The notes under the pieces: model-generated
What the model was told of the DNA's origin: nothing
The model's input: only the letters and a program-made list of their open reading frames with translations
Database searches by the model: none
Origin: Candidatus Magasanikiibacteriota bacterium
Lineage (GTDB): Bacteria > Patescibacteriota > Patescibacteriia > Magasanikbacterales > UBA922
DNA: 64,000 bases
Assembly: GCA_021648085.1 (NCBI GenBank)
Contig: JAKITS010000001.1
Span: forward strand, 541,671-605,670
Reading direction: 5' to 3'
Translations under genes and position numbers: made by a program
In this document: one piece after another, positions 9,447 through 20,288 of the stretch
Layout: every line of letters begins with the position of its first letter
Numbering within the stretch: position 1 is the first letter of the stretch

Positions 9447-12400
9447 TTATTTACTAATCTGAATCCTATTCTCACCGACCAATTCTTTTAGTTTATTTTT
9501 TGTATCATCGTCCACTGTAATATATAAAAACTTAATTGTTTGGGTTCCAATTTGAACATAAACTGTATATTCACCACCTTTTTTTCTAAACAGTTTTTTT
9601 AGCTCTGCGCCCTTTTCTTTTGCTTCGTCCATTGTTAGAAAAACCTTTATCCATTTTTGCTTTTTTTCTTGAATATCAAAACCACTAGATTTTATTCCAT
9701 ATGCAATTTCTTTGTAAGCATTGCGAAAATTTTCTTTGTTTATTAAAATCATAGATTCTACAAACAACTTATTGTCCCCAGATTCGCGTGGAGTTTTTCC
9801 TTTTATCAAAACCACTGCATTTTCCACCCACAAGTCTCTTGTTTTTTCATAAGTTTTTGGGAAAACCAAAAGCTCAATAGAACCACTTGGATCTTGAACA
9901 CTTGCAAAAAGCATCTGACTTCCTTTTTTTGTAATCAACTTTTTGAAACCACCAATCACTCCACCAATCAAAATCGTCTTATCTCTATCCGCTTCTTCTA
10001 TAGAACTTACCGATTCCAATCCTCCTCCTAATTCTTTTTGAAAATATTTAAAAGGATGAGAAGAAATATAAACCCCAAGCAGACTTTTTTCCCAATCCAA
10101 CAACTGCTCTTCTGTCACAGGCTCGGCTGATTTCATTGGAACTTTTGTACCGATATCAATTTTTGTATTCAAAAACAAAGAATCCTGATTTCGCACTTCT
10201 TTTTCTCTATGTTCACGAGTAAAAAACAACATGCTTTCCATATTTACAAGAAGAACTCCTCTATCATATCCAAAACAATCCATAGCTCCAGAACGACTTA
10301 GCGCGTCCAAAGATTTTTTATTTAAATCCTTATCTGTAATTCTTTCCAAAAATTCTTCCAAAGTTTTATACGGTCCATTGTCTTTTTTTTCTCTATAAAC
10401 AACTTCAGAAATATGCTGACCCAAACCTTTGATAGCATTCAAACCAAAACGAATTCTACCAGGTTCACCGTGTTTTGAAACCATCGCAAAGTTTCTAAAA
10501 CTTTCATTTATATCTGGTGGTAAAACCTTTATTCCCATTCTTTCACATTCATATACAATTGCTGCAACTTTTTCTGCATCACCAAATTCAGCCTGCAAAA
10601 TAGCCGTCATAAATTGAACAGGATAATGCGATTTCATATAAGCTGTCTGGTATGCAACCATTCCATAACTCGCTGCGTGCGCTTTATTAAATCCATACGC
10701 CGCAAAAGGTTTAATACGATTCCACAAATCCTCTACAACATCTTCTGAAATGTTATTTTTAATACAACCTGCCTTAAACTGATTTCCCTGTTCAACCATA
10801 AGCTCTGGGATTTTCTTTCCCATTGCTTTTCGAAATTTATCAGCTTCCAACCAATCATAACCAGCCAATTTTATAGCCGTAAGCATCACATCATCCTGAT
10901 AAATAAGAAGTCCTAAAGATTTTTCCAAAATCTCCTCCAAATCTGGATGTGGATAATCTATTGTTTCTGGATTGTGTTTTCTCTTGATATATTCTGGAAT
11001 AAATTCCATAGGACCAGGACGATAAAGTGCTACCATCGCCATAATATCGTCTATATTCGTAGGTTTCAATTCTTTGAGCCAGCGAGTCATACCAGAACCA
11101 GAAAGTTGGAAAACTCCCATTGTTTCTCCACGCGCAAGCATTTTAAAAACATTTACATCTTCCAGTGGTAAATTATAAATATCTACTTTATCACCAACTG
11201 TTTTTTCTACAATTTTCACAGCATTTCCCAAAATAGAAAGATTACGAATTCCCAGAAAATCATTTTTCAAAACTCCAGCAGATTCCACAGATTTCATCTC
11301 ATATTGTGTAATAATCCTATCCCCACCAGTCTCACGCTGAACTGGTGAAAAGTCAGTAAGTGGAGTTGGTGAGATTACAACTCCAGCTGCATGAATAGAG
11401 GTATGACGCGCGCAACCTTCTACTTGTTGTGCCAAATTCAAAAGTCTTTCCACATCATCATTTGTATCATACAAACTTTTCAACTCTGGCTCCTCGTCCA
11501 AAGCTCTCTGAATTGTCATTGGAAACCCTTGGGCGCCCGTTGGAATTAGTTTTGCAACTTGATCACAAAAAGAATAAGAAAGCCCAAGCGCACGACCAAC
11601 ATCTCGCACACTAGCGCGAGCTGCCATTGTTCCAAAAGTTATAATCTGTGCAACTTTATCCTTACCATATTTTTCTGTCACATATTCAATCATCTCTCCA
11701 CGCCTATCATCGGCAAAGTCCGTATCAACATCGGGAGCACTAGGACGAAATGGATTTAAAAAACGCTCAAATGGAATTTTGAACCGAATTGGATCTACAG
11801 TTGTAATCCCCAAAATATAAGAGACAAGTGAACCAGCAGCAGATCCACGAGTAGTCTCTACAATTCCATTTCTTTTTGCGTAATTTACATAATCTGCAAC
11901 ACAAATAAAATAAGGTGCATAACCTTTTGTTTTTATGATATCCAATTCATACTCAATCCTCTCTTTTAAAAAATCTGTAAGCTCGTCATAAAAACCAGGA
12001 AAACCTTTGTAGGCCATATCTTTCAAATGTTCATTTGCTGTTTTTCCTTTTGGTAGATCTACTGGCGCAAAATGCCACTTATCTAGTTCAATTTCCAAGT
12101 TTACTCTATCTGCAATTTTTACAGTATTTTCAATTGCTTCTGGCACATGTCGGAAGCGTGAAATTATATCTTCCGCAGAATTATAAGATCTGTCCACATG
12201 TCTATAGTCTGTACGGTTTGGCAAATCTACTCGCCAACCATTTCCAATACAAAGTAAAATATCTTGTGCATCTTTTTCATCTGGATTCATATAGTGCACA
12301 TCACGCGTTACCACCATTGGAATTCCGGTTTTTTTGGAAAGCTCAATAAGTTGTGTGTTTACTTTTACCTGACCTTCTATTGCCGGATGATCTTGTAATT

Positions 12401-12914
12401 CTAAATAAAAATTATCTTGCCCAAAAATTTCATTATACTCCAAAGCAGATTTTTCTGCTTGTTCTGTTTTTCCTCTTTTTAAAAATTGCGGAACTTCACC
12501 CTCAATTGGTCCTGACAGAGCTATAATCCCCTTACTATATTTTCTTAATAATTCTTTATCTATCCTTGGTTTATCATTTTTGAAACCATCCAAATGACCT
12601 TTAGACGAAAGCACCATCAAATTTCTATAACCCTCATAATTTTCTGCGAGCAATATCATTTGGTACGGAGCATTTTCATCCTCCTCGTCCATTTTTGTCT
12701 CTGCAATATATGCTTCAAACCCAATAATTGGCTTTATACCTTCTTTTTTACAAGTTTTATAAAATTCTATGGCACCATAAAGAGAGCCATAATCTGTAAG
12801 TGAAATAGTCTTAAAACCACGCTCTTTGGCGATTTTTACAAGTTCTTTTACTTTTGGCAACCCATTCAAAAGTGAATAATGAGTATGAGTATGAAGGTGT
12901 ACAAAATCTGACAT
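9447..12914 (-). CDS. dnaE: DNA polymerase III alpha subunit
   Basis: PHP domain FVHLHTHTHYS, RGSAAGSLV, FERFLNP, PDVDTDF, YGFNKAH, C-terminal OB fold; no intein visible. Confidence 0.98.
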   Translation of the reverse strand: MSDFVHLHTHTHYSLLNGLPKVKELVKIAKERGFKTISLTDYGSLYGAIEFYKTCKKEGIKPIIGFEAYIAETKMDEEDENAPYQMILLAENYEGYRNLMVLSSKGHLDGFKNDKPRIDKELLRKYSKGIIALSGPIEGEVPQFLKRGKTEQAEKSALEYNEIFGQDNFYLELQDHPAIEGQVKVNTQLIELSKKTGIPMVVTRDVHYMNPDEKDAQDILLCIGNGWRVDLPNRTDYRHVDRSYNSAEDIISRFRHVPEAIENTVKIADRVNLEIELDKWHFAPVDLPKGKTANEHLKDMAYKGFPGFYDELTDFLKERIEYELDIIKTKGYAPYFICVADYVNYAKRNGIVETTRGSAAGSLVSYILGITTVDPIRFKIPFERFLNPFRPSAPDVDTDFADDRRGEMIEYVTEKYGKDKVAQIITFGTMAARASVRDVGRALGLSYSFCDQVAKLIPTGAQGFPMTIQRALDEEPELKSLYDTNDDVERLLNLAQQVEGCARHTSIHAAGVVISPTPLTDFSPVQRETGGDRIITQYEMKSVESAGVLKNDFLGIRNLSILGNAVKIVEKTVGDKVDIYNLPLEDVNVFKMLARGETMGVFQLSGSGMTRWLKELKPTNIDDIMAMVALYRPGPMEFIPEYIKRKHNPETIDYPHPDLEEILEKSLGLLIYQDDVMLTAIKLAGYDWLEADKFRKAMGKKIPELMVEQGNQFKAGCIKNNISEDVVEDLWNRIKPFAAYGFNKAHAASYGMVAYQTAYMKSHYPVQFMTAILQAEFGDAEKVAAIVYECERMGIKVLPPDINESFRNFAMVSKHGEPGRIRFGLNAIKGLGQHISEVVYREKKDNGPYKTLEEFLERITDKDLNKKSLDALSRSGAMDCFGYDRGVLLVNMESMLFFTREHREKEVRNQDSLFLNTKIDIGTKVPMKSAEPVTEEQLLDWEKSLLGVYISSHPFKYFQKELGGGLESVSSIEEADRDKTILIGGVIGGFKKLITKKGSQMLFASVQDPSGSIELLVFPKTYEKTRDLWVENAVVLIKGKTPRESGDNKLFVESMILINKENFRNAYKEIAYGIKSSGFDIQEKKQKWIKVFLTMDEAKEKGAELKKLFRKKGGEYTVYVQIGTQTIKFLYITVDDDTKNKLKELVGENRIQISK

Positions 12915-13039
12915 TTGAGAATTCTTTATAATATCTTGTATTTTAATCTTTTATTATTTAAATATCAAGGGTCAATAAAAAACATAAAAAGAACTAATAT
13001 TTTATTATAATTATTTAAATTTTGGTTATATTACATTGG

Positions 13040-13137
13040 GATATTTCGACTTCGCTTTGCTCCGCTCAATATGACGTAAAATACTCACGTCATCCTGAGC
13101 GAAATGGAGTAAAGTGGAATGCAGTCGAATGGATCTC
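13040..13137. repeat. Inverted pair of REP-like palindromes, family C (GTCATCCTGAGCG...GTCGAAGGATCTC)
   Basis: Copies at 13040-13076 (reverse, diverged) and 13088-13137; others at 19899, 20191, 20251, 33458 and 37881. Confidence 0.75.
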
Positions 13138-13253
13138 AAGAAAGTATCATAAAATTATAAATAATAATTAAATTTTTATTCAAATAAACCTTAAACTATT
13201 TTGAATTAAAAAAACACCTTAATTAAAAGGTATTTTTTATTTAAAATTATTTT

Positions 13254-13580
13254 CTACTTTTTCTTTTTTGCTCTACCTTTTTTTGATTTTACAACTTTGC
13301 TAAATTTTTCTGTTATTTTTCCTATTACAAACTTTTCTACAAGTTTTGTTAAAGTTCCACTCACAACCCCCATATTTTTAGATAATCCATCTACCCTATC
13401 TTTTATCATATTTATTGCATCTGTCATCAATTCCACTTTTTCTGTGATACTCTCTATTATTCTATTTGCATTTTTCAAAACTCTAGCAGCTTGGTAAAGC
13501 AACCAGCACAAAAATACTGTAAACCACAAAATACTAAGCGACAAAACAATATATAAAAAATCTTGACTAGATTCAAACAT
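13254..13580 (-). CDS. Small membrane-anchored coiled-coil protein (DUF948-like)
   Basis: One N-terminal TM helix, an amphipathic helix and a basic tail. Confidence 0.6.
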   Translation of the reverse strand: MFESSQDFLYIVLSLSILWFTVFLCWLLYQAARVLKNANRIIESITEKVELMTDAINMIKDRVDGLSKNMGVVSGTLTKLVEKFVIGKITEKFSKVVKSKKGRAKKKK

Positions 13581-13641
13581 ATTTTTAAAAATTAAGAATT
13601 AAGAATTAAACCTATTATAACACAAATATAAATTAAATATT

Positions 13642-13671
13642 AAAAAAACCAGTATTTCTACTGGTTTTTTT
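13642..13671. terminator. Intrinsic terminator after pheT (repeated family)
   Basis: AAAAAAACCAGTATTTCTACTGGTTTTTTT. Confidence 0.8.
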
Positions 13672-13685
13672 GTTTTTATATTTTA

Positions 13686-16148
13686 CTAACTTCTCACATC
13701 AGCATCAAAATCTTTTTTTAGAACTTTTACTAATTCTTTGTGAATACTATTTATATCTTCTCTTTTTAATGTTTTTGTATTTGATTGATACACAATGTGA
13801 TATGCCATACTCTTTTTTGTCTTTCCTATTTTATCCCCCTCAAAAACATCAAAAAGTTCAACTGAAGTTATTAAATCATCTACATTTTTCATCTTTTCTA
13901 CCAAATCTTTGTATAAAACACTTTTTTCTACCACCAAAGCAATATCTCGTTCTATTGCCGGATAATCTGAAACAGAGCTGGAAACTTCTTTTTCGCGCAA
14001 AAATGGTAACAGCTTTACCAAATTCAATTCACAAATAGCCACCCTATTTGGAATTCCAAATTTTTGCTGTACAGCTGGGTGAACCTCGCCAATTATTCCA
14101 ACTACATCCCCAAATACTACAACTTTTGCAGATCTGGTTGGGTGTATAAATTCAAACCCTTCTTTTATACCTTCTTGCAATTCATACTCAACCCCCAATT
14201 CTTGCAAACAACTATTTAGAACACTGGAAACATTGTAAAAAGGAGTATCTAAATCTTTTTCAGATAGAGCAAAGCTCAAAAGTAAATCTTGCCTTGGTAA
14301 AAGCGCTCCACTGTTTGGTTGAACTCGCGCGCCAGACTCTTCCAAAATATAAGTTTTCCCAAATTCATACAACGCCAAACTTTTTTCATTGTGAGAGTTT
14401 TTCTCAACATTTTCTAGCAAGTTTGTAAGTAAACTTCTTCGCAAAAACGGTTTATCTTTTGCAAGTGGGTTATCCAATTCTATATGTTTATCTGTTTTCA
14501 ATCCCAACTTTTTCAATGAATTTGGAGCAACAAAAGAATAATTATAAACTTCTGTAAAACCATTTTCCAAAGTCATTTTATCTTGTAAAATTCTTTTTAT
14601 TTTAAATAAACTACTTTGAACAGGTGGAACAATATTAAACATTGGCAATTTTCCTTCTACCGCACCATAACCATAAATTCTCATCACTTCTTCTGCCAAA
14701 TCTTCTTTTATTGAAACATCTTTTGTAGCGCGCCAAGTAGGAATTGTAACGGAAAAATTATTACGCTTTTCTTTTACTTCAAAACCCAAACTATCTAAAA
14801 TTTCCACAACAGACTTCTCCTCAATTTCAAAACCAGCATATTTACTTATAAAATCTTTTTTAAATTCAATTGGACCAACATTTAATTTGAACTTTGAAAT
14901 GTCTGTGACCGAACTTACAACTTTTGATTTTGGACATATTTCTAATATAAGCTGAACAGCTCTGCGCAAGGCAATTTCTGCCAAATTTGGATCCACACTC
15001 TTTTCAAATCTAGAAGATGATTCTGTTCTTACATTTAATTTTGTGCTAGTTTTACGAATTGCACTAGCATTAAAATTTGCAGATTCTAAAACTATATTTT
15101 TTGTATTTTCACTAACAGCACTACTCTGTCCTCCTATCACACCAGCCAAAGCCAAAATATTTTTCTTGTTTGTTATCAATAAATCCCCACTATTTACCTC
15201 TCTTTCTTCTCCATCCAAAAACACAGCTTTTTCACCACCTTTAGCCTGCTTTACATAAATTTCTATTTCACCTTCTTTATTTTTCAGTTTATCTGCATCG
15301 AAAGCGTGCATTGGCTGACCAATATCAAACATTACATAATTTGTAACATCTACCAAAACATTTTTTGGTATCACACCAATTGCGACTAATCTCTTCTTTA
15401 GCCAATCTGGAGATTCAATAGTGGAAACACCGCTTACTGCCACAGCCATATAGCGTGGACACAAATTTATATCCTTTACTTTTATTTTCAAATTCAACTC
15501 ATTTTCTTTTATTTTTGGAATTTCTGGCGGATTATAATCGCTAAGTTGTTTTTTGTACAAAACTGCAACTTCCCGTGCCATTCCATAATGCCCCCACAAA
15601 TCTGGCCTATTTGAAAGTGATTTGTTATCAATGTCCAAAATCACATCTCCAACTTTTAGAGCTTCTGAAATTGGAGTTCCAATTGCAACATTTAGAGAAG
15701 TTACATCCATTATTTCTTTTTCATTTTTGGCAGGAAATAATTCTCCCAAACCAATTTCGTCTGCTGCACAAATCATTCCACTTGAGTCTACTCCACGCAA
15801 TTTTACATCTTTTATCTCTACCAACTCACCTTCACCGTGCCAACGCACTTTTGAGCCAGACTTTGCAACAACAACCTTCAATCCTTTTTTTACATTTGAA
15901 CCTCCACATACAATTTGCAAAACTTCTTCTCCACCAACATTTACCATACAAACTTTCAACTTGTCTGCGTCTGAATGTTTACTACATTTTGTAATTTCAC
16001 CAACCACAATATTATCAAGAATAAATTTTTTATCCTCAACACCTTCAACCTCAACAGTACTCAAAGTCAATTTACTAGCCAAATCTTCTGCACTCACAGA
16101 TTCTAGCAAAAAAACATAATCTTGAAGCCACTCCTTACTTATAAACAT
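13686..16148 (-). CDS. pheT: Phenylalanine--tRNA ligase beta subunit
   Basis: QIVCGGSN, LRGVDSSGMICA, NRPDL, GQPMHAFD, RFEK, EDLAEEVMRIYGY, C-terminal RDIALVV. Confidence 0.98.
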   Translation of the reverse strand: MFISKEWLQDYVFLLESVSAEDLASKLTLSTVEVEGVEDKKFILDNIVVGEITKCSKHSDADKLKVCMVNVGGEEVLQIVCGGSNVKKGLKVVVAKSGSKVRWHGEGELVEIKDVKLRGVDSSGMICAADEIGLGELFPAKNEKEIMDVTSLNVAIGTPISEALKVGDVILDIDNKSLSNRPDLWGHYGMAREVAVLYKKQLSDYNPPEIPKIKENELNLKIKVKDINLCPRYMAVAVSGVSTIESPDWLKKRLVAIGVIPKNVLVDVTNYVMFDIGQPMHAFDADKLKNKEGEIEIYVKQAKGGEKAVFLDGEEREVNSGDLLITNKKNILALAGVIGGQSSAVSENTKNIVLESANFNASAIRKTSTKLNVRTESSSRFEKSVDPNLAEIALRRAVQLILEICPKSKVVSSVTDISKFKLNVGPIEFKKDFISKYAGFEIEEKSVVEILDSLGFEVKEKRNNFSVTIPTWRATKDVSIKEDLAEEVMRIYGYGAVEGKLPMFNIVPPVQSSLFKIKRILQDKMTLENGFTEVYNYSFVAPNSLKKLGLKTDKHIELDNPLAKDKPFLRRSLLTNLLENVEKNSHNEKSLALYEFGKTYILEESGARVQPNSGALLPRQDLLLSFALSEKDLDTPFYNVSSVLNSCLQELGVEYELQEGIKEGFEFIHPTRSAKVVVFGDVVGIIGEVHPAVQQKFGIPNRVAICELNLVKLLPFLREKEVSSSVSDYPAIERDIALVVEKSVLYKDLVEKMKNVDDLITSVELFDVFEGDKIGKTKKSMAYHIVYQSNTKTLKREDINSIHKELVKVLKKDFDADVRS

Positions 16149-16149
16149 A

Positions 16150-17181
16150 TTAAAATTGCTTTAAAAATTTCAAATTTCCAGAAGAAAACGCACGGACATC
16201 TTCTATCATATATTTGAGCATTACAAGTCTATAAAGTCCAAAACCAAATGCAAAACCACTGTAAACTTCTGGGTCTATTCCGCCAGCTTTGAGTACATTT
16301 GGATGAACCATTCCAGCCCCAAAAACCTCTAGCCAGCCAGTTTTTTTACAAACCCTACAACCCTCTCCTTTACACAAAAAACAACTCACCTCCCCATTTA
16401 CACCCGGCTCCACAAAAGGATAAAATTTTGGACGAAGCCTAACCTGAGTTTCATCTCCATACAAATGTTTTGCAACAACCTCCAAAGTTCCTTTTAAATT
16501 GCTAAAATTTATGTCTTTACCTACAACCAAACCTTCTAGCTGATAAAAACTGTGTTCGTGTCTTGCGTCTGTTGCCTCGTTTCTAAAACAAATCCCAGGA
16601 GCAATCATACGAAGTGGTGCTCCATATTTTTGCATTGCGCGAACCTGCACAGAAGAAGTTTGTGTTCGCATTACCCAATTTAAATTGTCTTTTATATAAA
16701 AAGTATCCTGCATATCTCTCGCTGGGTGATCTGCTGGAACATTCAATGCTTCAAAATTATAATATTCACTTTCCAATTCTGGACCATCCAAAACCATAAA
16801 ACCCATAGAGATAAAAAGATCTTCCAAACTTTTCTGAACTATAGTATTTGGATTCAAATGACCTTTTCTCTTTTTTCCTAAAAATGGTTGCGTCACATCT
16901 ATTCTTTCTTTTTCTGCGACTTTATCCATTTGTAATTTTTGAAGTTCATCTTTTTTTTCTACAAATATTTCCATCAATTCTTTTTTTGCCAAATTTGCCA
17001 ATTGTCCAAATTCTTTTCTCTCAACCAGTTCCATATCTTTCATCTTTTTCATTAAGTTTGTAAATTCCCCAGCTTTTCTACCAAAAAAATTAATCTCAAA
17101 TTCTTTTAGAGATTCTTTGTCTTTTATAGACTTAATTTTACTTATAAATTTCTCTTTCAAACTTTCTAAAACTTTTTTCAT
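16150..17181 (-). CDS. pheS: Phenylalanine--tRNA ligase alpha subunit
   Basis: HPARDMQDTFY, RTQTS, FYQLEGL, YPFVEPG, GAGMVHPNVL, GFAFGFG. Confidence 0.98.
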   Translation of the reverse strand: MKKVLESLKEKFISKIKSIKDKESLKEFEINFFGRKAGEFTNLMKKMKDMELVERKEFGQLANLAKKELMEIFVEKKDELQKLQMDKVAEKERIDVTQPFLGKKRKGHLNPNTIVQKSLEDLFISMGFMVLDGPELESEYYNFEALNVPADHPARDMQDTFYIKDNLNWVMRTQTSSVQVRAMQKYGAPLRMIAPGICFRNEATDARHEHSFYQLEGLVVGKDINFSNLKGTLEVVAKHLYGDETQVRLRPKFYPFVEPGVNGEVSCFLCKGEGCRVCKKTGWLEVFGAGMVHPNVLKAGGIDPEVYSGFAFGFGLYRLVMLKYMIEDVRAFSSGNLKFLKQF

Positions 17182-17247
17182 AATAAAGTAATTTTACGAT
17201 ATTAAAAAGCATACCATTTCTGGTATGCTTTTTTCAAGTGCTTATTC

Positions 17248-17835
17248 CTATTTTATTACAATACTATCTGCAATTTCCCTAAGCTCATCTCGAGTAGTAG
17301 TATCTCCATCGCTATAAAAAAAACGAACAACATAAGAATCATTTTCGTTGTATCCAATGTGCAACCTATCTTTTGCCAACAACGAATCAGCTTCTTTTTG
17401 TGTAGTTTTTGGACCAAAACCCATTGGATTTTCTTTATAATCTTTAGATTTATAGATTTCTATTTTTGCAACCTTATTACCAGTTCCTGTTATGACAATT
17501 GGTTTCAACACACCACTTGATTTTTTGACAGTATAACCTTCAAAATATTTCAAGTTTAAAGAAAGTGGCAGTGTATCAGTAAAATTTAACAACTTTTTAG
17601 CTATCATAATAGGTTCTATTGGTTTCATACCTCCATTTTCTTCTTCCATCATTTCTGGAATTTTATCATTCATTATTTCATACATTCCTATCATATCACT
17701 CTCCATCTCAGCTCTTTGAGAATTCATAAAGATAGAGAAAGCAAGAAAAAATCCTAGTAATACAACTATTATTATAGATAAAATAAGTATTGGTAGCTCT
17801 AGTCCACCAGACTTTTGTTCAAATTCTTCATTCAT
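17248..17835 (-). CDS. Hypothetical single-pass membrane protein
   Basis: N-terminal TM helix then a soluble domain ending ...EIADSIVIK; co-oriented with rseP and pheS. Confidence 0.6.
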   Translation of the reverse strand: MNEEFEQKSGGLELPILILSIIIVVLLGFFLAFSIFMNSQRAEMESDMIGMYEIMNDKIPEMMEEENGGMKPIEPIMIAKKLLNFTDTLPLSLNLKYFEGYTVKKSSGVLKPIVITGTGNKVAKIEIYKSKDYKENPMGFGPKTTQKEADSLLAKDRLHIGYNENDSYVVRFFYSDGDTTTRDELREIADSIVIK

Positions 17836-17873
17836 ATTTTTATATTATTTTTATATATAAATTATACCATAAA

Positions 17874-19040
17874 TTAGAAAAAATTTAAAATATCCCTTCC
17901 TGTCACCACAATTATCAAAACCATCAAAAGTGCAAAACCAATTGTGTGTGCGATTTGTTCATATTTCACTGGAACCGGCTTGCGAATTATTTTCTCTATT
18001 CCCAAAAATAATATTCTACCACCATCCAAAGCTGGAATTGGTAAAATATTTATTGCCGCCAAACTAAGCGAAATCATTGCAGTCGCATTTATTAAATAAC
18101 TAATTCCAAGTCTGGCACTTTGACCCAAAACAACCGCAATTCCCACAGGTCCAGAAACTTCAAAAGCCAATCCTTTACCAACAACCAAATTTCCTATTAA
18201 AATACCAAACGCTACAAATATATTTACCAAAGCAATTCCACTAGCTACAAACCCTTTGTAAATTGCAATGTACCATGGGTAACGAACTATTGCAGCATCT
18301 GCCATCATTATTCCAATTTGTTTTTTTCCGTCGTCTTTTAACTCTGGCACTACCTCAAGCGAAACTTCTTGTCCAGATCTATCAACTTTCATATCAATTA
18401 CACCCTCTTCATAAGTTTGTATAGCATCAATCAACTCATTTGAAGAATTGATTTCTATTCCATACAAAGATACAATTTTGTCACCAAACATTAAACCTGC
18501 TTTATCTGCTGGAGAATTTTTTTCTACCATTTGAACTATTACTTGAGGTTGATCGACTATGATAATCTTGTCATCATCTAAGCCAGAAATATCTGCTGGC
18601 AAACCAACTATAAAACCTACAGAAAAAAGTACAGCCGCCAAAAGTATATTCATAACAACTCCAGCTAGTAAAACCACAAATCTTTTCCATATTTTTTGAT
18701 GACCAAAACTATCTGTATCATTTGAATTTTCACCATTTTCACCTTTTATATTGCAAAATCCACCAAGTGGCAAAAGATGTAAAGAATACAAAGTTGAAGG
18801 AAATTCCTGACGCAAATCTGGAATATCATCCACAGGTTTTTTACTTTTTTTTCCTCTTCTCCAAACCCAAACAAATTTTCCAGTTTTTGGATCTTTATAA
18901 ACTCCAAACATTCTAGGCGGATAGCCTATCGCAAATTCATAAACTTTCATCCCAGTAAGTCGAGCAGCTATAAAATGTCCAAATTCGTGAACAAAAACTA
19001 GCAATCCTAAAATCAGAATAAATACAACCAATGTGAACAT
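17874..19040 (-). CDS. rseP: RIP metalloprotease RseP (M50 with PDZ domain)
   Basis: HEFGH zinc motif, LPLGGF, AGVVMN, PDZ (SPADKAGL), NILPIPALDGG. Confidence 0.96.
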   Translation of the reverse strand: MFTLVVFILILGLLVFVHEFGHFIAARLTGMKVYEFAIGYPPRMFGVYKDPKTGKFVWVWRRGKKSKKPVDDIPDLRQEFPSTLYSLHLLPLGGFCNIKGENGENSNDTDSFGHQKIWKRFVVLLAGVVMNILLAAVLFSVGFIVGLPADISGLDDDKIIIVDQPQVIVQMVEKNSPADKAGLMFGDKIVSLYGIEINSSNELIDAIQTYEEGVIDMKVDRSGQEVSLEVVPELKDDGKKQIGIMMADAAIVRYPWYIAIYKGFVASGIALVNIFVAFGILIGNLVVGKGLAFEVSGPVGIAVVLGQSARLGISYLINATAMISLSLAAINILPIPALDGGRILFLGIEKIIRKPVPVKYEQIAHTIGFALLMVLIIVVTGRDILNFF

Positions 19041-19166
19041 AAAAAATTAAATTTTATAACTAAATTTATCTTACTAATTATCACATACAAAAGTTTGATT
19101 TGCAAATTGAAAATTTGTGTATTAAAAAACCCGACTATTTAAAGCCGGGCTATATTTTTATTAAAT

Positions 19167-19526
19167 TTAAAATATATAAGTAAAACCCATCTGTAATGAA
19201 CTCATCCACTGTCGTACAGAATTCAACTCCACACAACACTCTTTTTCTGTATTCTCAACACAGATATCTTTTAATTTATCATCTAATAATCCAATAATTT
19301 CAGAACAAGTCTCAAACAATTCATAATCAATCAAAACTTCCAAAACATCACGAATTTTTTGAATTTCTCTAATAAAGACCACTCTTCCTTGGGTACCTAA
19401 TCTAATACTCATCTCTTCTGTTTGTATTTCACACTCAACATTTTCATGACCATACAAAATTTTTGAAATAGGACACTCTAGAATTTCTTTCAAAAAAGCG
19501 ATGTCTTCTTCTCTTCTGGTAACCAT
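19167..19526 (-). CDS. Orphan protein with a possible UVR-like motif (boxA/SD class)
   Basis: Start moved to ATG 19526, preceded by AAGGAGGT (19532-19539) and GTTCTCTACAA (19544-19554); terminator-like hairpin near 19125-19150. Confidence 0.65.
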   Translation of the reverse strand: MVTRREEDIAFLKEILECPISKILYGHENVECEIQTEEMSIRLGTQGRVVFIREIQKIRDVLEVLIDYELFETCSEIIGLLDDKLKDICVENTEKECCVELNSVRQWMSSLQMGFTYIF

Positions 19527-19633
19527 GTAAAACCTCCTTGGTTTTGTAGAGAACTTAGTATCACCCCACAATTGCTTTTAGTTAAATTTTATAAATTATG
19601 GGCTAAAATGAGTTGTGGGGTTATACTAAATTG

Positions 19634-19707
<74 letters not shown>

Positions 19708-19781
19708 ATCTAAAGAAACTATTTGGCAATAGTTCCTTAAAACATTAAACCATATTTTAATGATTTTGTCAACGATTAAGA

Positions 19782-20281
19782 TGTTCTAATTGTCCGAAAT
19801 TTCTAACCTCCCGAACATTTGAAATTTCCTGCTTGCGGGACAGGCTAATTAAACTAATTTATTATTACAAATTAACAATTAACAAAAATAATCTTACATC
19901 ATCCTGAGCGATAGTCGAAGGATCTCGAGATAAAATAACTAAAACATAAATAATTATAATAAAACATTAGCTCGTCTTTCTTTTTGTTCTTTGTTAATTG
20001 TTAGTTATTAATTAAACATCCTCTTAGTGACAAAAGATAAAGTGAGAACATTTTGATGTTATCGTTAAAAAAGAATATTTTTAAATCAATGTTTAAAGGA
20101 TTCCTGCTGGCAGGTAGGTCTCGCTTTGGTTCAACATGATAGAGAAGCCAATGTTTTAATATAAATTTATATTTTGTGATTTAAATTGGGGTATCCATTC
20201 GACTCCACTTCGTTTCGCTCAGGATGACGTGTGGGAAAGTGATACTATCTCGAGATCCTTCGGCTTCGCTCAGGATGACGT
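19782..20281 (+). repeat. Nested repeat cluster: split family B element plus three family C palindromes
   Basis: B 5' half CTAACCTCCCGAACATTTGAAATTTCC (about 19803) and B 3' half CAAAAGATAAAGTGAGAACATTTTGATG (about 20031) flank a C copy at 19899-19927; further C copies at 20191-20230 and 20251-20281. Confidence 0.7.
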
Positions 20282-20288
20282 AAAAAAA

